Positions 11,271 to 22,473 of a stretch of DNA of 55,739 nucleotides are shown here, piece after piece (positions within the stretch are counted from its first letter, which is position 1; every line of letters begins with the position of its first letter). Origin of the DNA: an uncultured delta proteobacterium (GTDB lineage Bacteria; Desulfobacterota; DSM-4660; Desulfatiglandales; HGW-15). The notes under the pieces were generated by a model, which was given only the letters and a program-made list of their open reading frames with translations, was not told the origin of the DNA and did no database searches. A program made the translations under genes and the position numbers. Location of the stretch: the NCBI GenBank assembly GCA_963776085.1, contig CAVZMS010000055.1, positions 1-55,739 on the forward strand, given 5' to 3'.

Positions 11271-13410
11271 TCAAATCCTTTCCACGATCAATACTTCTTT
11301 TATCTTTTTGATCGATCCCATAATATCCTCAAGCTGCTTGTAATTCTCTACTTCTATAGTAAAAAATGAGACGCCCTTTTTATCCATTGTAGTCGTCACC
11401 TCTGCATGGATGATGTTGGCATCCTTCTGTGCCATGATCGAAGTTATATCGGCCAGTATTCCTTTCTTATCAACGGATGTAATCTTTAATTTGGCTAAAT
11501 AGACATCCTCCTTAGTCGGTTCCCACAGTATTTCGACCAATCTTTCCTTATCGACATCAAGTATATACCTGCATTTATCCTTATGAATCGTTACTCCACG
11601 CCCTCTTGTTATGAACCCGATGACAGCGCTCACCGGGTAACGGGTGACAGCAATTGGCGAACCGAACCAACATATCATCCAGTCCCTTTACCTTGATGCC
11701 GCGCGTGCTCTTTTTTCGGGTAAGCCGGGAGACCATCTTGCTGACTATACCTGGCGGTTTATCCTCTTCAATCCCAAGGATGGGTTTGAGGCGCCCGATC
11801 ACCTGGTTTGCGGATATCTTTCCATATCCGACATGCGCTAGCAGGTCCTCAGCGGAATGCAGGGAGAAGTCCTTGGCGATTGAAGAGATCTGTTCGTTTT
11901 TAGTAATATTTGTAAGGGTGATATGGGACTGTTCAAAGGCCTTTTCCAGGATATTTCTACCGAGATCAATGCTTTCATCTCTTTCCTGATTCGTTATCCA
12001 TTGCCTGATCTTGGACTTGGCTCGCGGCGTCTTAACGAAATCAAGCCAATCTTTTCGTGGATGTTGTCTGTTGGAAGTTATGATCTCTACCATATCACCG
12101 TTTCTCAATAAATATCTTAGGGGAACCATCCTCCCGTTAACCTTGGCCCCTATACATTTTCCCCCTATCTCGGAATGGATGCTGTAGGCAAAATCAACAG
12201 GTGTGGCGCCCTTCGGGAACTCCCTGACCTCTCCCTTTGGGGTAAAAACATAAACTTCATCGGGAAACAGGTCCATTTGGACCATTTCCATAAATTCCTT
12301 GGGATCTTGTAGGTTTTTCTGCCACTCCAAGAGCTGTTTCAGCCACCTGAACTGCTTTTGATCGGTCTCACCTCTCAGACCTTCCTTATATTTCCAGTGG
12401 GCTGCGATACCATCCTCTGCTACCTTGTCCATATCCCAGGTTCTTATCTGGACCTCCATTCTTTGGGCATAGGGTCCAATGACGGAGGTATGCAGCGACT
12501 GGTACATATTGGCCTTTGGTATCGATATATAATCCTTAAACCTGCCGAGAACAGGTTTCCACATTGAGTGTATAATGCCGAGGACTTCATAACATTCTTT
12601 TAAGGTGTTTACGATTACGCGAAAGGCCACGATGTCATAGACCTGATCCACATTCAGGTTCTGATCCCTCATCTTACAGTAGATGCTATAGAAATGTTTT
12701 TGTCTTCCCTTGATAACAGCCTCGATATTCTGATCTTTCATCTTTTTGGTCAGGAGATCTATTACCTCTTTTGTAAACTTCTCCCTTGCGCCTCGTCTTT
12801 CAGCTATTCCTGTATTGATCTTATTATAGATTTCCGGTTCGAGGTAAAAAAGACAGAGATCTTCAAGACTGGATTTCAGCCAGTATATACCCATCCTTCC
12901 GGCCAGGGGGGCATATATGTCAAGGGTCTCCCTCGCAATAGCCGTTTGCTTTTCAGTATTATGAAAACCTAGGGTCCGCATGTTATGGAGCCTGTCGGCA
13001 AGTTTAACCATGATAACCCGTATATCAGTAGTCATGGCCAGTATCATTTTGCGTATGTTTTCCGCCTGAAGTTCTTCGGTGTTATTAAAATGTATCTTGC
13101 TGATTTTGGTTACACCGTCTACGATATTGGCAGTCTCCTTGCCGAAGAGTTGCTCTATCTCCGATAGTTCGACATTCGTATCTTCGATTGTGTCATGGAG
13201 AAGCCCTGCGACGACACTGATAACATCCATCTTCATTCTTGTGAGGAGGTATGCTACCTCAAGGGGGTGTGAAAGGTAGGGTAGTCCTGAAAGCCTTACC
13301 TGGCCTTGATGAACCTTGGCCGAATAGACATAAGCCTTTTCCACCATGGTTATGTTGGCATTCGGGTGATAGCTGAGTAGCTTGGATGTAATGTCATTTA
13401 GTCGAATCAT
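11271..13410 (-). CDS. rel: Bifunctional (p)ppGpp synthetase/hydrolase, long RSH (frameshift near 11640)
   Basis: HD motif [44 protein letters not shown] domain DFAYSIH, CC region and C-terminal ACT domain ([10 protein letters not shown]). Confidence 0.95.
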
Positions 13411-15121
13411 AAAGTTCGTTTATTTTATTGAGTATTATGGAAGCGGAATCCCGTAATGATATAACTGAACTATCTGATTCGGACCGCAGTTTCATCTCCA
13501 CCTGCTCGTTTTTGAGGTTTCGCGTTCCAATGGCAATTCGCAAAGGAATTCCCAAGAGGTCCGCGTCCTTGAATTTAAAACCGGCCCTCATATCCCTGTC
13601 ATCCAGGAGGACATCAACGCCTTTGGCCAAAAGCTCATGATATATCTTCTCTGCAGCATCAACCACTTCCCGTTCATCGATTTGAAGAGGCAGGACGACC
13701 GCTTCAAACGGCGCAATAGGTATCGGGAATATGATACCGTCCTTGTCATGGTTCTGTTCGATTGCGGCTGCGACGGTCCTGCCCACGCCAATTCCATAGG
13801 ATCCCATGATAATGGGCCTTTCCATGCCGTGATCATCCAGAAAAAGGGCGCTCATCGCCTTACTATATTTGGTTCCTAATTTGAATATATGTCCGACTTC
13901 TATCCCTTTTCCAAACCGTATCTCTGATCCGCATCTGGGACAATGATCTTCACTTGTAATAAAACGCAGGTCTCCGTAGATGTCCACTTGAAAATCCCTG
14001 CCAATATTCACGTTTCGAAGGTGAAGATCTTTCCTGTTTCCTCCGGTGATGAAATCCTTCATCCCTTTAAGGGCATAATCCGATATTATCCTGACCTTAA
14101 GACCCACGGGACCAGCGAATCCCATAGGCGCGCCTGTAGTCTCGGCCACGAGGCGCGAATCGGCCATTTCCAACTGTTCAATCCCAAGTAAATTCTTCAG
14201 CTTAGCCTCATTTATTTCATGATCACCTCTTACCAGCACGGCTACTATATCCTCATTAGTCCTGAATATAAGGGTCTTGACAAGCTGATCCGGCGATATG
14301 GAAAGGAAATCAGTAACCTCTTCAATAGTCCTTTTGCCCGGTGTTTCCACTTCCTCAATGGGATTGATATTATCATAGGCTGCGCCGGCCTTATCATCGG
14401 CATTCAATACTTCTGCCTTATCTAGATTTGCGGCATAGCTGCATTGCGAGCAACTGACAATCTGATCTTCACCTGTATCGGCAAGAACCATAAATTCATG
14501 GGAGAAACTGCCCCCAATGCTGCCGGTATCCGCCTCAACAGCCCTAAAACGGAGGCCGCATCTGCGGAAAATATTACTATATGTATCGTACATTATCTTA
14601 TAACTTTTTTCCGCACCTTCCTCTTCAGCATCAAAACTGTAGGCATCCTTCATAAGAAATTCACGCCCCCGCATAATACCGAACCTGGGCCTGATTTCAT
14701 CTCTGAACTTGGTCTGAATCTGGTAAAAATTTATGGGCATCTGCTTATAAGAATGTATCTCTCTCCTTACGAGATCGGTAATTACCTCTTCATGGGTCGG
14801 CCCCAGACATGAGTCACGATTATGACGGTCCTTAAATCTTAGAAGTTCCCGGCCATAATATTCCCACCTGCCGCTCTCCTGCCAAAGTTCTGCGGGCTGG
14901 ACAGCAGGCATTAGAAGTTCGATGGCCCCGGATCGATTCATCTCCTCACGGATAATATTCTCCACCTTTTTTATGGATTTCAGGCCTGCCGGGAGATAGG
15001 TATAGATCCCGGAGGCCAGTTTTCTTATCAGACCGGCCCTGAGCATTAACTGGTGACTCAGGACATCCGCTTCGGCCGGCGTCTCCTTAAGCGTGGGTAT
15101 AAAAAATCTAGAATATCTCAT
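13394..15121 (-). CDS. proS: Proline--tRNA ligase (bacterial type with editing insertion)
   Basis: [49 protein letters not shown]. Confidence 0.97.
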   Translation of the reverse strand: MRYSRFFIPTLKETPAEADVLSHQLMLRAGLIRKLASGIYTYLPAGLKSIKKVENIIREEMNRSGAIELLMPAVQPAELWQESGRWEYYGRELLRFKDRHNRDSCLGPTHEEVITDLVRREIHSYKQMPINFYQIQTKFRDEIRPRFGIMRGREFLMKDAYSFDAEEEGAEKSYKIMYDTYSNIFRRCGLRFRAVEADTGSIGGSFSHEFMVLADTGEDQIVSCSQCSYAANLDKAEVLNADDKAGAAYDNINPIEEVETPGKRTIEEVTDFLSISPDQLVKTLIFRTNEDIVAVLVRGDHEINEAKLKNLLGIEQLEMADSRLVAETTGAPMGFAGPVGLKVRIISDYALKGMKDFITGGNRKDLHLRNVNIGRDFQVDIYGDLRFITSEDHCPRCGSEIRFGKGIEVGHIFKLGTKYSKAMSALFLDDHGMERPIIMGSYGIGVGRTVAAAIEQNHDKDGIIFPIPIAPFEAVVLPLQIDEREVVDAAEKIYHELLAKGVDVLLDDRDMRAGFKFKDADLLGIPLRIAIGTRNLKNEQVEMKLRSESDSSVISLRDSASIILNKINELYDSTK

Positions 15122-15149
15122 ATCAGTACAAAGCACCTTTCCTTTTTAG

Positions 15150-16220
15150 TTAACCATCCACCAGCTTTTTCACTTCTCTAATCAAAACCTCGGCAAGATC
15201 CTCTTCGGGCAGTTTCTTTATCACCTCTCCCTTTTTAAAGAGGATACCCTGTCCTCTGCCTCCGGCCACCCCGATATCTGCCTCTCTGGCCTCACCCGGT
15301 CCATTCACTACGCATCCCATTATAGCCACCTTGGGAGAGGATTTGATTCCCTGAATCTCTTTTTCCACTGTTTCCACGATACGAATGAGGTCTATTTCAC
15401 ATCTGCCGCAGGTCGGGCAGGAAATGATCTCAGGACCACGGTGCCTAAGATCGAGGGCCCTCAGTATCTCATATGCCGCTTTTACCTCATCAATAGGATC
15501 TCTTGTGAGTGAGACTCGAATCGTATCTCCTATACCTTCAAAAAGCAGGATTCCTATTCCAATAGCATTTTTTATTGTGCCGGATATGAGTGTCCCGGCC
15601 TCTGTCACCCCTAGGTGAAAGGGATAATCCACTTTTTGACTTAATAGTCTATATGCCGCTATGGTGTTCAGGACATTAGAGGACTTTAGTGAAATCTTTA
15701 TATTATAAAAACCCAGGTCTTCAAACAACCTGATATATTCCAAGGCGCTGTCCACCATGGCTTCAGGCGTTGGGTGCCCGTATCTCTCCATGGTCTTTTT
15801 AGGGAGGGAACCCGCGTTTATACCTATCCTTATGGGAATTTCCCTGACCTTGGCCTCACGTATTATCTTTTCAACATTTCCCTTGCTGCCGATATTTCCG
15901 GGGTTTATTCTCAATCCGTCTGCTCCGGCCTTAATGGCTGCGATCGCCAAGCTATAATCGAAATGTATATCGGCAATTAACGGGGGATCGACCTTGGCTT
16001 TTATCTCTTTGAAGGCATCGGCGGATTCCGTATCAGGAACCGCCAAACGAACGATTTCGCAGCCGGCTTCGTGTAATAGGCGGATCTGGTTTATCGTAGA
16101 GGATATATCCCTTGTATCCGTGTTGGTCATGGATTGGACGGCAACAGGGGCGTCTCCTCCAACTGGGATATCTCCCACGAGTATTTGACGGCTTTTCCTT
16201 CTGTACCTGTCTTTTTCCAA
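15150..16220 (-). CDS. ispG: 4-hydroxy-3-methylbut-2-en-1-yl diphosphate synthase
   Basis: VQSMTNT, LIADIHF, RINPGNI, HLGVTEAG, GIGDTIRVSLT, CPTCGR, MGCVVNGPGE. Confidence 0.97.
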   Translation of the reverse strand: MEKDRYRRKSRQILVGDIPVGGDAPVAVQSMTNTDTRDISSTINQIRLLHEAGCEIVRLAVPDTESADAFKEIKAKVDPPLIADIHFDYSLAIAAIKAGADGLRINPGNIGSKGNVEKIIREAKVREIPIRIGINAGSLPKKTMERYGHPTPEAMVDSALEYIRLFEDLGFYNIKISLKSSNVLNTIAAYRLLSQKVDYPFHLGVTEAGTLISGTIKNAIGIGILLFEGIGDTIRVSLTRDPIDEVKAAYEILRALDLRHRGPEIISCPTCGRCEIDLIRIVETVEKEIQGIKSSPKVAIMGCVVNGPGEAREADIGVAGGRGQGILFKKGEVIKKLPEEDLAEVLIREVKKLVDG

Positions 16221-16651
16221 ATTATGCCCCTCGGTCTCTTATTCAGGAAACGGATAAAATCCGGTTTGAGAAGGTTTAAATTATGATAATAAGATAAAAT
16301 TAGGACCTGGTTCATGTCAATTAAAATGGACCGGAAGATTCAAATTTGGAGAAGATATTAATCCAACCTGCATTAATTGGAAAGATAATATTGCAGATTT
16401 TCAGTAACTACATGGCCGGACCGCTCTCTGAATCACACTGCTTAAGATTGTGCATAAAGATTTATGTGCAGATCCCCGTGCGACAACTGAGATTCGGAAT
16501 CACATTCTATTGAATTCTTTACAAAATGAAATAAAACAATTATTGTCCGATTCAGGGAATCAGGGAAAAACATTTCACTCGCGCGAACAATCCGGTTTGA
16601 TTCATACTAAGGTTGCGTGGTACTCTATTTACAAGATCGAAAGGGATATGG

Positions 16652-17833
16652 ATGACTGTAGCTAAAAAGATACAATCTGCCATTAAAAAATCTTCATGGA
16701 TCAGGAAGATGTTTGAGGAGGGTATCAGGAGAAAGGCCATGTTTGGTGCGGATAATGTCTTCGACTTCAGCCTCGGCAATCCCATTATCGAACCTCCATT
16801 CGAATTTAAAGAGATACTCAGACAATTGGCAAATGATCCGGGCAGGGGAAGACACGCCTATATGCCAAATGCAGGTTATACGGAGACAAGGCAGGCAGTG
16901 GCCGATTATCTTACGGGGTATAATCGAAGTAGGTTTTCTCCCGGTGATATTGTAATGACAGTTGGGGCCGGAGGGGCATTAAATGTTATTCTAAAGACGA
17001 TTCTGGACCCGGATGATGAGGTAATTATCCCCAGTCCATATTTTGTAGAATATAATTTTTATCTCGACAATCATCAAGGAATACCCATTATTGTAAGCAC
17101 GCAGCCTGATTTTTCACTGGACATTAACGCTATAGAGGAGGCCTTTACCGAGAAGACAAAGGCCGTGTTGATTAATTCACCCAATAATCCGACAGGAAAG
17201 GTCTATTCTGAGGAAGAGCTTCGTGAACTGGGTGGGTTGCTGAATGAACGAGGTCAAAGGTTTGGCAGGCCCATCTATCTTATCTCAGATGAGCCTTACA
17301 GAAAGATAGTCTATGACGGTATTGAAGTCCCGAGTATTTTTAATATCTATAAAGAGAGCTTTGTGGCCACCTCCTTTTCCAAGGACCTCTCCCTGCCCGG
17401 CGAAAGGATAGGCTATGCTGCCGTCAACCCTGATATCTCGGAAAAGAACTTGGTTGTTGATGGAATGGTCCTTTCCAACAGGATACTCGGTTATGTCAAT
17501 GCCCCGGCCCTTATGCAGAGGGCTATAGTTGCCCTTCTTGACGTTAGCGTGGAGATATCCCTATATCAGAAGAAAAGGGATATGCTGTGTGCCGGCCTCG
17601 CATCCCTTGGATATCAATATGTAAAGCCGCAAGGTGCATTCTATCTCTTCCCTAAGAGCCCGATAGAAGATGACGTAGAGTTTGTGTCTGCACTCCGGGA
17701 GGAAAATATCCTCACTGTTCCCGGAAGCGGCTTCGGATGTCCCGGACACTTCAGGATCGCATATTGTGTCGATGATAGTGTTATTGAGAGATCAATGAGC
17801 GGATTTGGGAAGGCTATTAAAAGATACATTTAA
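16652..17833 (+). CDS. Class I/II PLP-dependent aminotransferase (aspartate aminotransferase-like)
   Basis: FDFSLGNP, NSPNNPTG, SDEPY, SFSKDLSLPGERIG (PLP lysine). Confidence 0.92.
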   Translation: MTVAKKIQSAIKKSSWIRKMFEEGIRRKAMFGADNVFDFSLGNPIIEPPFEFKEILRQLANDPGRGRHAYMPNAGYTETRQAVADYLTGYNRSRFSPGDIVMTVGAGGALNVILKTILDPDDEVIIPSPYFVEYNFYLDNHQGIPIIVSTQPDFSLDINAIEEAFTEKTKAVLINSPNNPTGKVYSEEELRELGGLLNERGQRFGRPIYLISDEPYRKIVYDGIEVPSIFNIYKESFVATSFSKDLSLPGERIGYAAVNPDISEKNLVVDGMVLSNRILGYVNAPALMQRAIVALLDVSVEISLYQKKRDMLCAGLASLGYQYVKPQGAFYLFPKSPIEDDVEFVSALREENILTVPGSGFGCPGHFRIAYCVDDSVIERSMSGFGKAIKRYI

Positions 17834-17856
17834 TTAATCTTTATAAGGAGAACGCG

Positions 17857-18282
17857 ATGTATTCAAAGACAATCTCACTCAGGTTTCCAAAAAAGATTGT
17901 AACCGAGCCCATAGTCGTAAACCTGGTTAGAAAGTTTGATCTTACTTTTAATATACTTAAGGCGACTGTCTATCCCCGAAAAGAAGGCTTCATGGTCATG
18001 GAATTGAGCGGCCATAAAAAGAATTATCAGGAAGGGATAAGTTATCTGAAAGGTTTGGGGATCAAGGTCGAGAGCATCGGGCATGATATTCGTCGGGATG
18101 ATGAAACCTGTTTTCAATGCGGGGCCTGTACCGCCGTTTGTCCGACCGGCGCTCTTTACATCAAGAGACCCGAGATGGAGGTAATTTTTGACAGGGATAG
18201 ATGCAGCGCCTGCGAGCTTTGTGTGGCAGCATGCCCGGCCCGGGCCATGGAAGTAAAATTTGACAGGAGCCTGCTTGGTTGA
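17857..18282 (+). CDS. NIL-domain plus 2x[4Fe-4S] ferredoxin protein
   Basis: N-terminal EPIVVNLVRKFDLTFNILKA; CFQCGACTAVCP and CSACELCVAACP. Confidence 0.88.
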   Translation: MYSKTISLRFPKKIVTEPIVVNLVRKFDLTFNILKATVYPRKEGFMVMELSGHKKNYQEGISYLKGLGIKVESIGHDIRRDDETCFQCGACTAVCPTGALYIKRPEMEVIFDRDRCSACELCVAACPARAMEVKFDRSLLG

Positions 18283-18332
18283 AGCGAATTCTGCTCAGAA
18301 TTTTGTTATAAAAAGTTGGTGAATATATATGG

Positions 18333-18545
18333 CCCATGGGGATCTCTTTTCAGAGTCGAACTAATTCATTTGCATGGATTTTGCATGGACATCGTAGGTG
18401 AGGCGGGCGGAGTCCGGCTAGACAGCTAATTCACCTGTCCGAGGATTAATTATTTACCTGGATAACTTTGCCGCCCGCCTGACGACATCCTTATGCTGAT
18501 TCCTTGCTTATAGTATTTTCGCCTCTGAAAAGAGATCCCCATGGG
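18333..18545. repeat. Nested long inverted repeat (candidate MITE or structured RNA)
   Basis: 18333-18355 CCCATGGGGATCTCTTTTCAGAG is the exact reverse complement of 18523-18545. Inner pair AGGCGGGCGG (18401-18410) and CCGCCCGCCT (18471-18480). Confidence 0.85.
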
Positions 18546-18604
18546 ACATTAAGTCAATATCAACTTAAATTATATACTCACAATATTGAGAATAACCCGA
18601 TCTT

Positions 18605-19927
18605 ATGACTCAAAGGACATTCAAGATAATAACCCTTGGTTGCAAGGTTAATCAGTATGAATCCGCTTATCTGGAGGAGAGGCTAACAGAGGCAGGGTGG
18701 CGTCAGGTCTCAAAGGGTGATGAGGCGGACGTAACAATTGTTAACACCTGCATCGTCACCCAGAGGGCTTCCTACCAATCAAGACAGGCCATTAGAAAGA
18801 TAACAAGAGAAAATCCCTCCGGTATGACTGTGGCTATCGGCTGCTATGCCCAGGTATTCCCTGAAGAGCTTTCAAAAATAAAGGGGATCGGCATGATAGC
18901 CGGAAATACTACGAAAGGGCGATTACCCGATCTTCTGCTGAAGGGAGAGTTCTTGGGCAGTTCATGCATGGTAACGGAGGATTTTGAGAAGAGGGCGCCC
19001 TTTGAGTATCTTCCCATAAAAGGTTTTTCGGATCGCACCAGGGCCTTTTTAAAGATCCAGGATGGGTGCGAATCATTTTGCAGTTACTGTATAGTGCCCT
19101 TTGCCAGAGGCCCCCTGAGAAGCCTTGAGCCGTCTCAAGTGATCAAGACGCTGAAATCTTTATGTGAGAATGATTATAAGGAGGTTGTTTTAACCGGTAT
19201 TCATCTGGGAAGATACGGGGCTGACCTCGTAAAAGGGATTGACCTCAAAGGCCTGCTTCGTGAGATAGGGAAAATCAGGTTGCCCCTGAGGATAAGACTC
19301 AGTTCCCTCGAACCAAAAGAGATAGACCAGGATCTGATAGAGATGATGGCTTCAGAGGAATGGCTCTGCAGGCATTTTCATATCCCTCTTCAGAGCGGCG
19401 ATGACAGTATTCTAAAAAAGATGAACAGGCATTATACCCCGAAGGAGTTTGAGGGGCTTATCGGTCGTATTCATATGAAAATACCTCTTGCGGCCATAGG
19501 CGTGGATGTTATGGTCGGGTTCCCGGGTGAAGGGGACAATGCCTATCTGAACACTTATTCCCTAATTAATGATCTGCCCGTATCCTATCTCCATGTCTTT
19601 CCATTCTCACCTAGGGAGGGGACACCTGCCGCAGGGTTGCCGGGCCAGGTCGATCAGAGGGTGATCAAGGAAAGGGCGAGGGATCTGAGGGACCTCGGTC
19701 ATAGAAAGCGGAAGGGTTTTTACCGATCCTGTCTGGGGAAGGAGTTTTCAGTGCTTGCGGAGGGGTGGCACCCTGAAGAGGAGGGGGTAATAAAGGGTTT
19801 GAGTGATAACTATCTTTCCGTCGTCTTTCCGTCGTCAGGACTGATCAGGAACAGGATTTTGAAGATCCGCATGGAAGATCTGGATAAAGGGGTTATAATC
19901 GGCAGGTCTCTATCCCCGATTTTTTAA
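18605..19927 (+). CDS. mtaB: tRNA t6A37 methylthiotransferase
   Basis: TLGCKVNQYES, radical SAM motif KIQDGCESFCSYC, LTGIHLG, RIRLSSLEP, HIPLQSG, HVFPFSPREGT. Confidence 0.93.
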   Translation: MTQRTFKIITLGCKVNQYESAYLEERLTEAGWRQVSKGDEADVTIVNTCIVTQRASYQSRQAIRKITRENPSGMTVAIGCYAQVFPEELSKIKGIGMIAGNTTKGRLPDLLLKGEFLGSSCMVTEDFEKRAPFEYLPIKGFSDRTRAFLKIQDGCESFCSYCIVPFARGPLRSLEPSQVIKTLKSLCENDYKEVVLTGIHLGRYGADLVKGIDLKGLLREIGKIRLPLRIRLSSLEPKEIDQDLIEMMASEEWLCRHFHIPLQSGDDSILKKMNRHYTPKEFEGLIGRIHMKIPLAAIGVDVMVGFPGEGDNAYLNTYSLINDLPVSYLHVFPFSPREGTPAAGLPGQVDQRVIKERARDLRDLGHRKRKGFYRSCLGKEFSVLAEGWHPEEEGVIKGLSDNYLSVVFPSSGLIRNRILKIRMEDLDKGVIIGRSLSPIF

Positions 19928-20677
19928 AAAGGCTTACCCAGACCCTTTCTTCGAATCCTTCTTACCTCCTCCTTCCACCCCTTTTTCTTCCTGCCAGCCT
20001 GCCTGCGAGACTGATCCATATCCCGCTTCATATCCATGGCAAAGGTGCCTGCCTGAAAGTCTGGAAGAGTTTCCCGTGCCTTAATTGGCTTCTCTTCCCT
20101 GGCCTTTTATTATATCTTTTGGAACAGGCGGCCCTGCTATGTGCCCGACAGATATCTCAGGGGTCAGAAAGAGGTCTCCGAAAGGGTAAAATAGACCTCC
20201 CTCTTTTTGAGCGACGCCAGCCATGATTTCAAGCAGGACAGGCCGTTGATCATGGCGCATGCCTATCCTTTGGGCCATTTCACGTTCAGGTGAGAGTGCA
20301 TAATATAGTCCCTCGATTTTCCTGAGCCCTTTTTCCATTACAACAGGGTGGGCCTTTCTCCTTATTCCGAAAAATAAGATCTTGGGAAGCGATAGGGCAG
20401 GGCGGCCCAGATCAAGGCCCCAGCGTCGGTCAGCTGTCTTTATACGTTTTCCGTCGGACAGGAAAAGGGCCCGTTCTTTGCCGGATAACACCTCGTTTAT
20501 ATTCCCCTGCCTGACATAGCCCCATCCGGGCTCCTCATTGATGGCCTTGAGCAGTTCCTTGCAGGGGACGAAGCCTTCCGTGTCGGGCACCAGCCCAAAC
20601 TCGTAGGGTCTGTGTCCAAGCATATAGATCATAAGCCGGCAGAGATTTTCAGCCTTTATCAGATTCTTTTTAGGCAC
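19924..20677 (-). CDS. KptA/Tpt1-like (RNA 2'-phosphotransferase fold) protein with degenerate motifs; frameshift near 20095
   Basis: N-terminus YMLGHRPYEFGLVPDTEGFV resembles KptA LRHxPxxxGLxLDxxGW. After the shift the frame continues ..FAMDMKRDMDQSRRQAGRKKKGWKEEVRRIRRKGLGKPF* with its stop at 19924-19926. Confidence 0.6.
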
Positions 20678-20768
20678 CTTTCATCAACCTTCTTCGAGAC
20701 TTTATATGGGAGGGCCATAGTAATGGAAAGGATTGAGATTGATAATATATTGCATCAGGGACAGGCCT

Positions 20769-21680
20769 TCAATCAGGCTTCTTTTTAAAGCCCTTATAGA
20801 ATAGGGCATCATCTATGGCAACAGCGGTAAGATTGCCTAGTTCGGTCAGGAGTGAAAGATCCTCTTTTCGAAATCCGTATGGTTTTTCAAAAGAGTCTGC
20901 GTAAAGCACTCCTCTCATATTAGCCCCGCTTATCAGCGGTGAGCACATTACGGACCCTATCTTTAATAATTTCAGGGTGTCTGAAAGCTCAATTTCTTTT
21001 GTCTCACGGACGTCCAATATTAAAATCGGCTTTCTATTTTTTATGACTTTATCCACAACAAGTCGGCTGTATCTATTGAATGGATCATTACCAGGCTTTC
21101 TTGATCTGGATATTACTGATTCCGAGATCTCCCCGGATCCGTCATCTATCAACAATATAATGACAACCCTGTCCACCCTTTTAAAATGATCTAAAACAAG
21201 ATCCAGTATCTTTTCCGAGAGCTCATTGATATCCGGGGATTCGTTAATAATGCTGTTTAACTTTCGGATCAATTCCATATTCTTGCGGCCGGTCATCTTC
21301 CTCTGTTGAACCGGTGAAACGATCCCCCCACCCACAGACTTGGTAAGATCGAGATAATCCTTAAGGAGCGAGACCGAATCAAGACATTCTTTACCAAGAC
21401 AAATAACACTCATTCCGATTACAATGGGGACGCCCTTTTTTAATTCGATATCAAGACCCGGGTTGATATAGTTACCGTCAACATAAGTGCCGTTTTTGCT
21501 GCTAAGGTCCATAACAAAATATTTATCTTGTTTCTTTGTGAGCTTGAGATGCTTTCGGGAGACAGTTATATCCATGACCTGAATATCATTATCAGGAGCG
21601 CGACCGATATATATATCATCAGTCTTAATATTAAAAGAACGTTCCTTTTCTGATCCGTCAAAGACAAAAATCTCTGCCAT
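20769..21680 (-). CDS. FHA domain plus GAF domain protein
   Basis: FHA motifs IGRAPDNDI, VSRKH, DLSSKNGTYVDG; GAF-type SVMCSPLI..GVLYADS..FRKEDLSLL. Confidence 0.88.
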   Translation of the reverse strand: MAEIFVFDGSEKERSFNIKTDDIYIGRAPDNDIQVMDITVSRKHLKLTKKQDKYFVMDLSSKNGTYVDGNYINPGLDIELKKGVPIVIGMSVICLGKECLDSVSLLKDYLDLTKSVGGGIVSPVQQRKMTGRKNMELIRKLNSIINESPDINELSEKILDLVLDHFKRVDRVVIILLIDDGSGEISESVISRSRKPGNDPFNRYSRLVVDKVIKNRKPILILDVRETKEIELSDTLKLLKIGSVMCSPLISGANMRGVLYADSFEKPYGFRKEDLSLLTELGNLTAVAIDDALFYKGFKKKPD

Positions 21681-22092
21681 GGTGTTTCACCATAATCATA
21701 AGGAAGATAAACTTACCCCTTAGGACTTATAGATAAAGGGTAATCGAAATCCAATCCGGTTTGAACTTGCTTCCTGTTTTCATTATGATTTATTATATAA
21801 GATATTTATCTGTCAATCAAATTAATCTTGGCAAATTTAAGGCTTGATGTTTTCACTATTGCGGGAACTGACGGGTCTTAAAGGAGATAAATGAATATAT
21901 TTACCCATAAGGTGATAGACACTTTATCCTTGATGGTCATGTCTTAAAAAAATATAATTTAACGATATGATATATGTGATCCTTTCATGGGGGCCTTTTA
22001 AAAAATGATTATTGATTTGCAATATTAAGAAAAATTGTGTATATTTTCATCAGACTGTTAATGTTACCCTTTTGTATTTGAGAGATGATAAT

Positions 22093-22440
22093 ATGATTGA
22101 TCAAGAGAAAAGGAAAACACCTAGAATTGATACGCATAATCTTATCTCCTATGTCTGCCTTAATGAAAAAAATGATCCGATCGGGCAGGGGATGGGAAGG
22201 ACGTTAAATATAAGTGAAGGTGGTATCCTGCTGGAAACGCACACTTCTATTGATCCTAATTATATCGTTTCTTTTACAATAAGCCTGGAGGATGTAATTA
22301 TGGATATCAAAGGAAAAGTCACATTTAATAGGAAACGTGATGATGGAAAGTTCGAATCGGGGATTCAGTTCATAGATAATGATGAATCAAAGACACGTAT
22401 TTTGAAACAATTTGCAGTAATATTTAAAGGTGAGTATTAA
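22093..22440 (+). CDS. Stand-alone PilZ domain protein
   Basis: RxxxR (EKRKTPR), NxSxxG (NISEGG) and C-terminal GIQF. Confidence 0.85.
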   Translation: MIDQEKRKTPRIDTHNLISYVCLNEKNDPIGQGMGRTLNISEGGILLETHTSIDPNYIVSFTISLEDVIMDIKGKVTFNRKRDDGKFESGIQFIDNDESKTRILKQFAVIFKGEY

Positions 22441-22473
22441 TTTCTGCCGTAAAGTTTTAAATAAGAGGACCAG

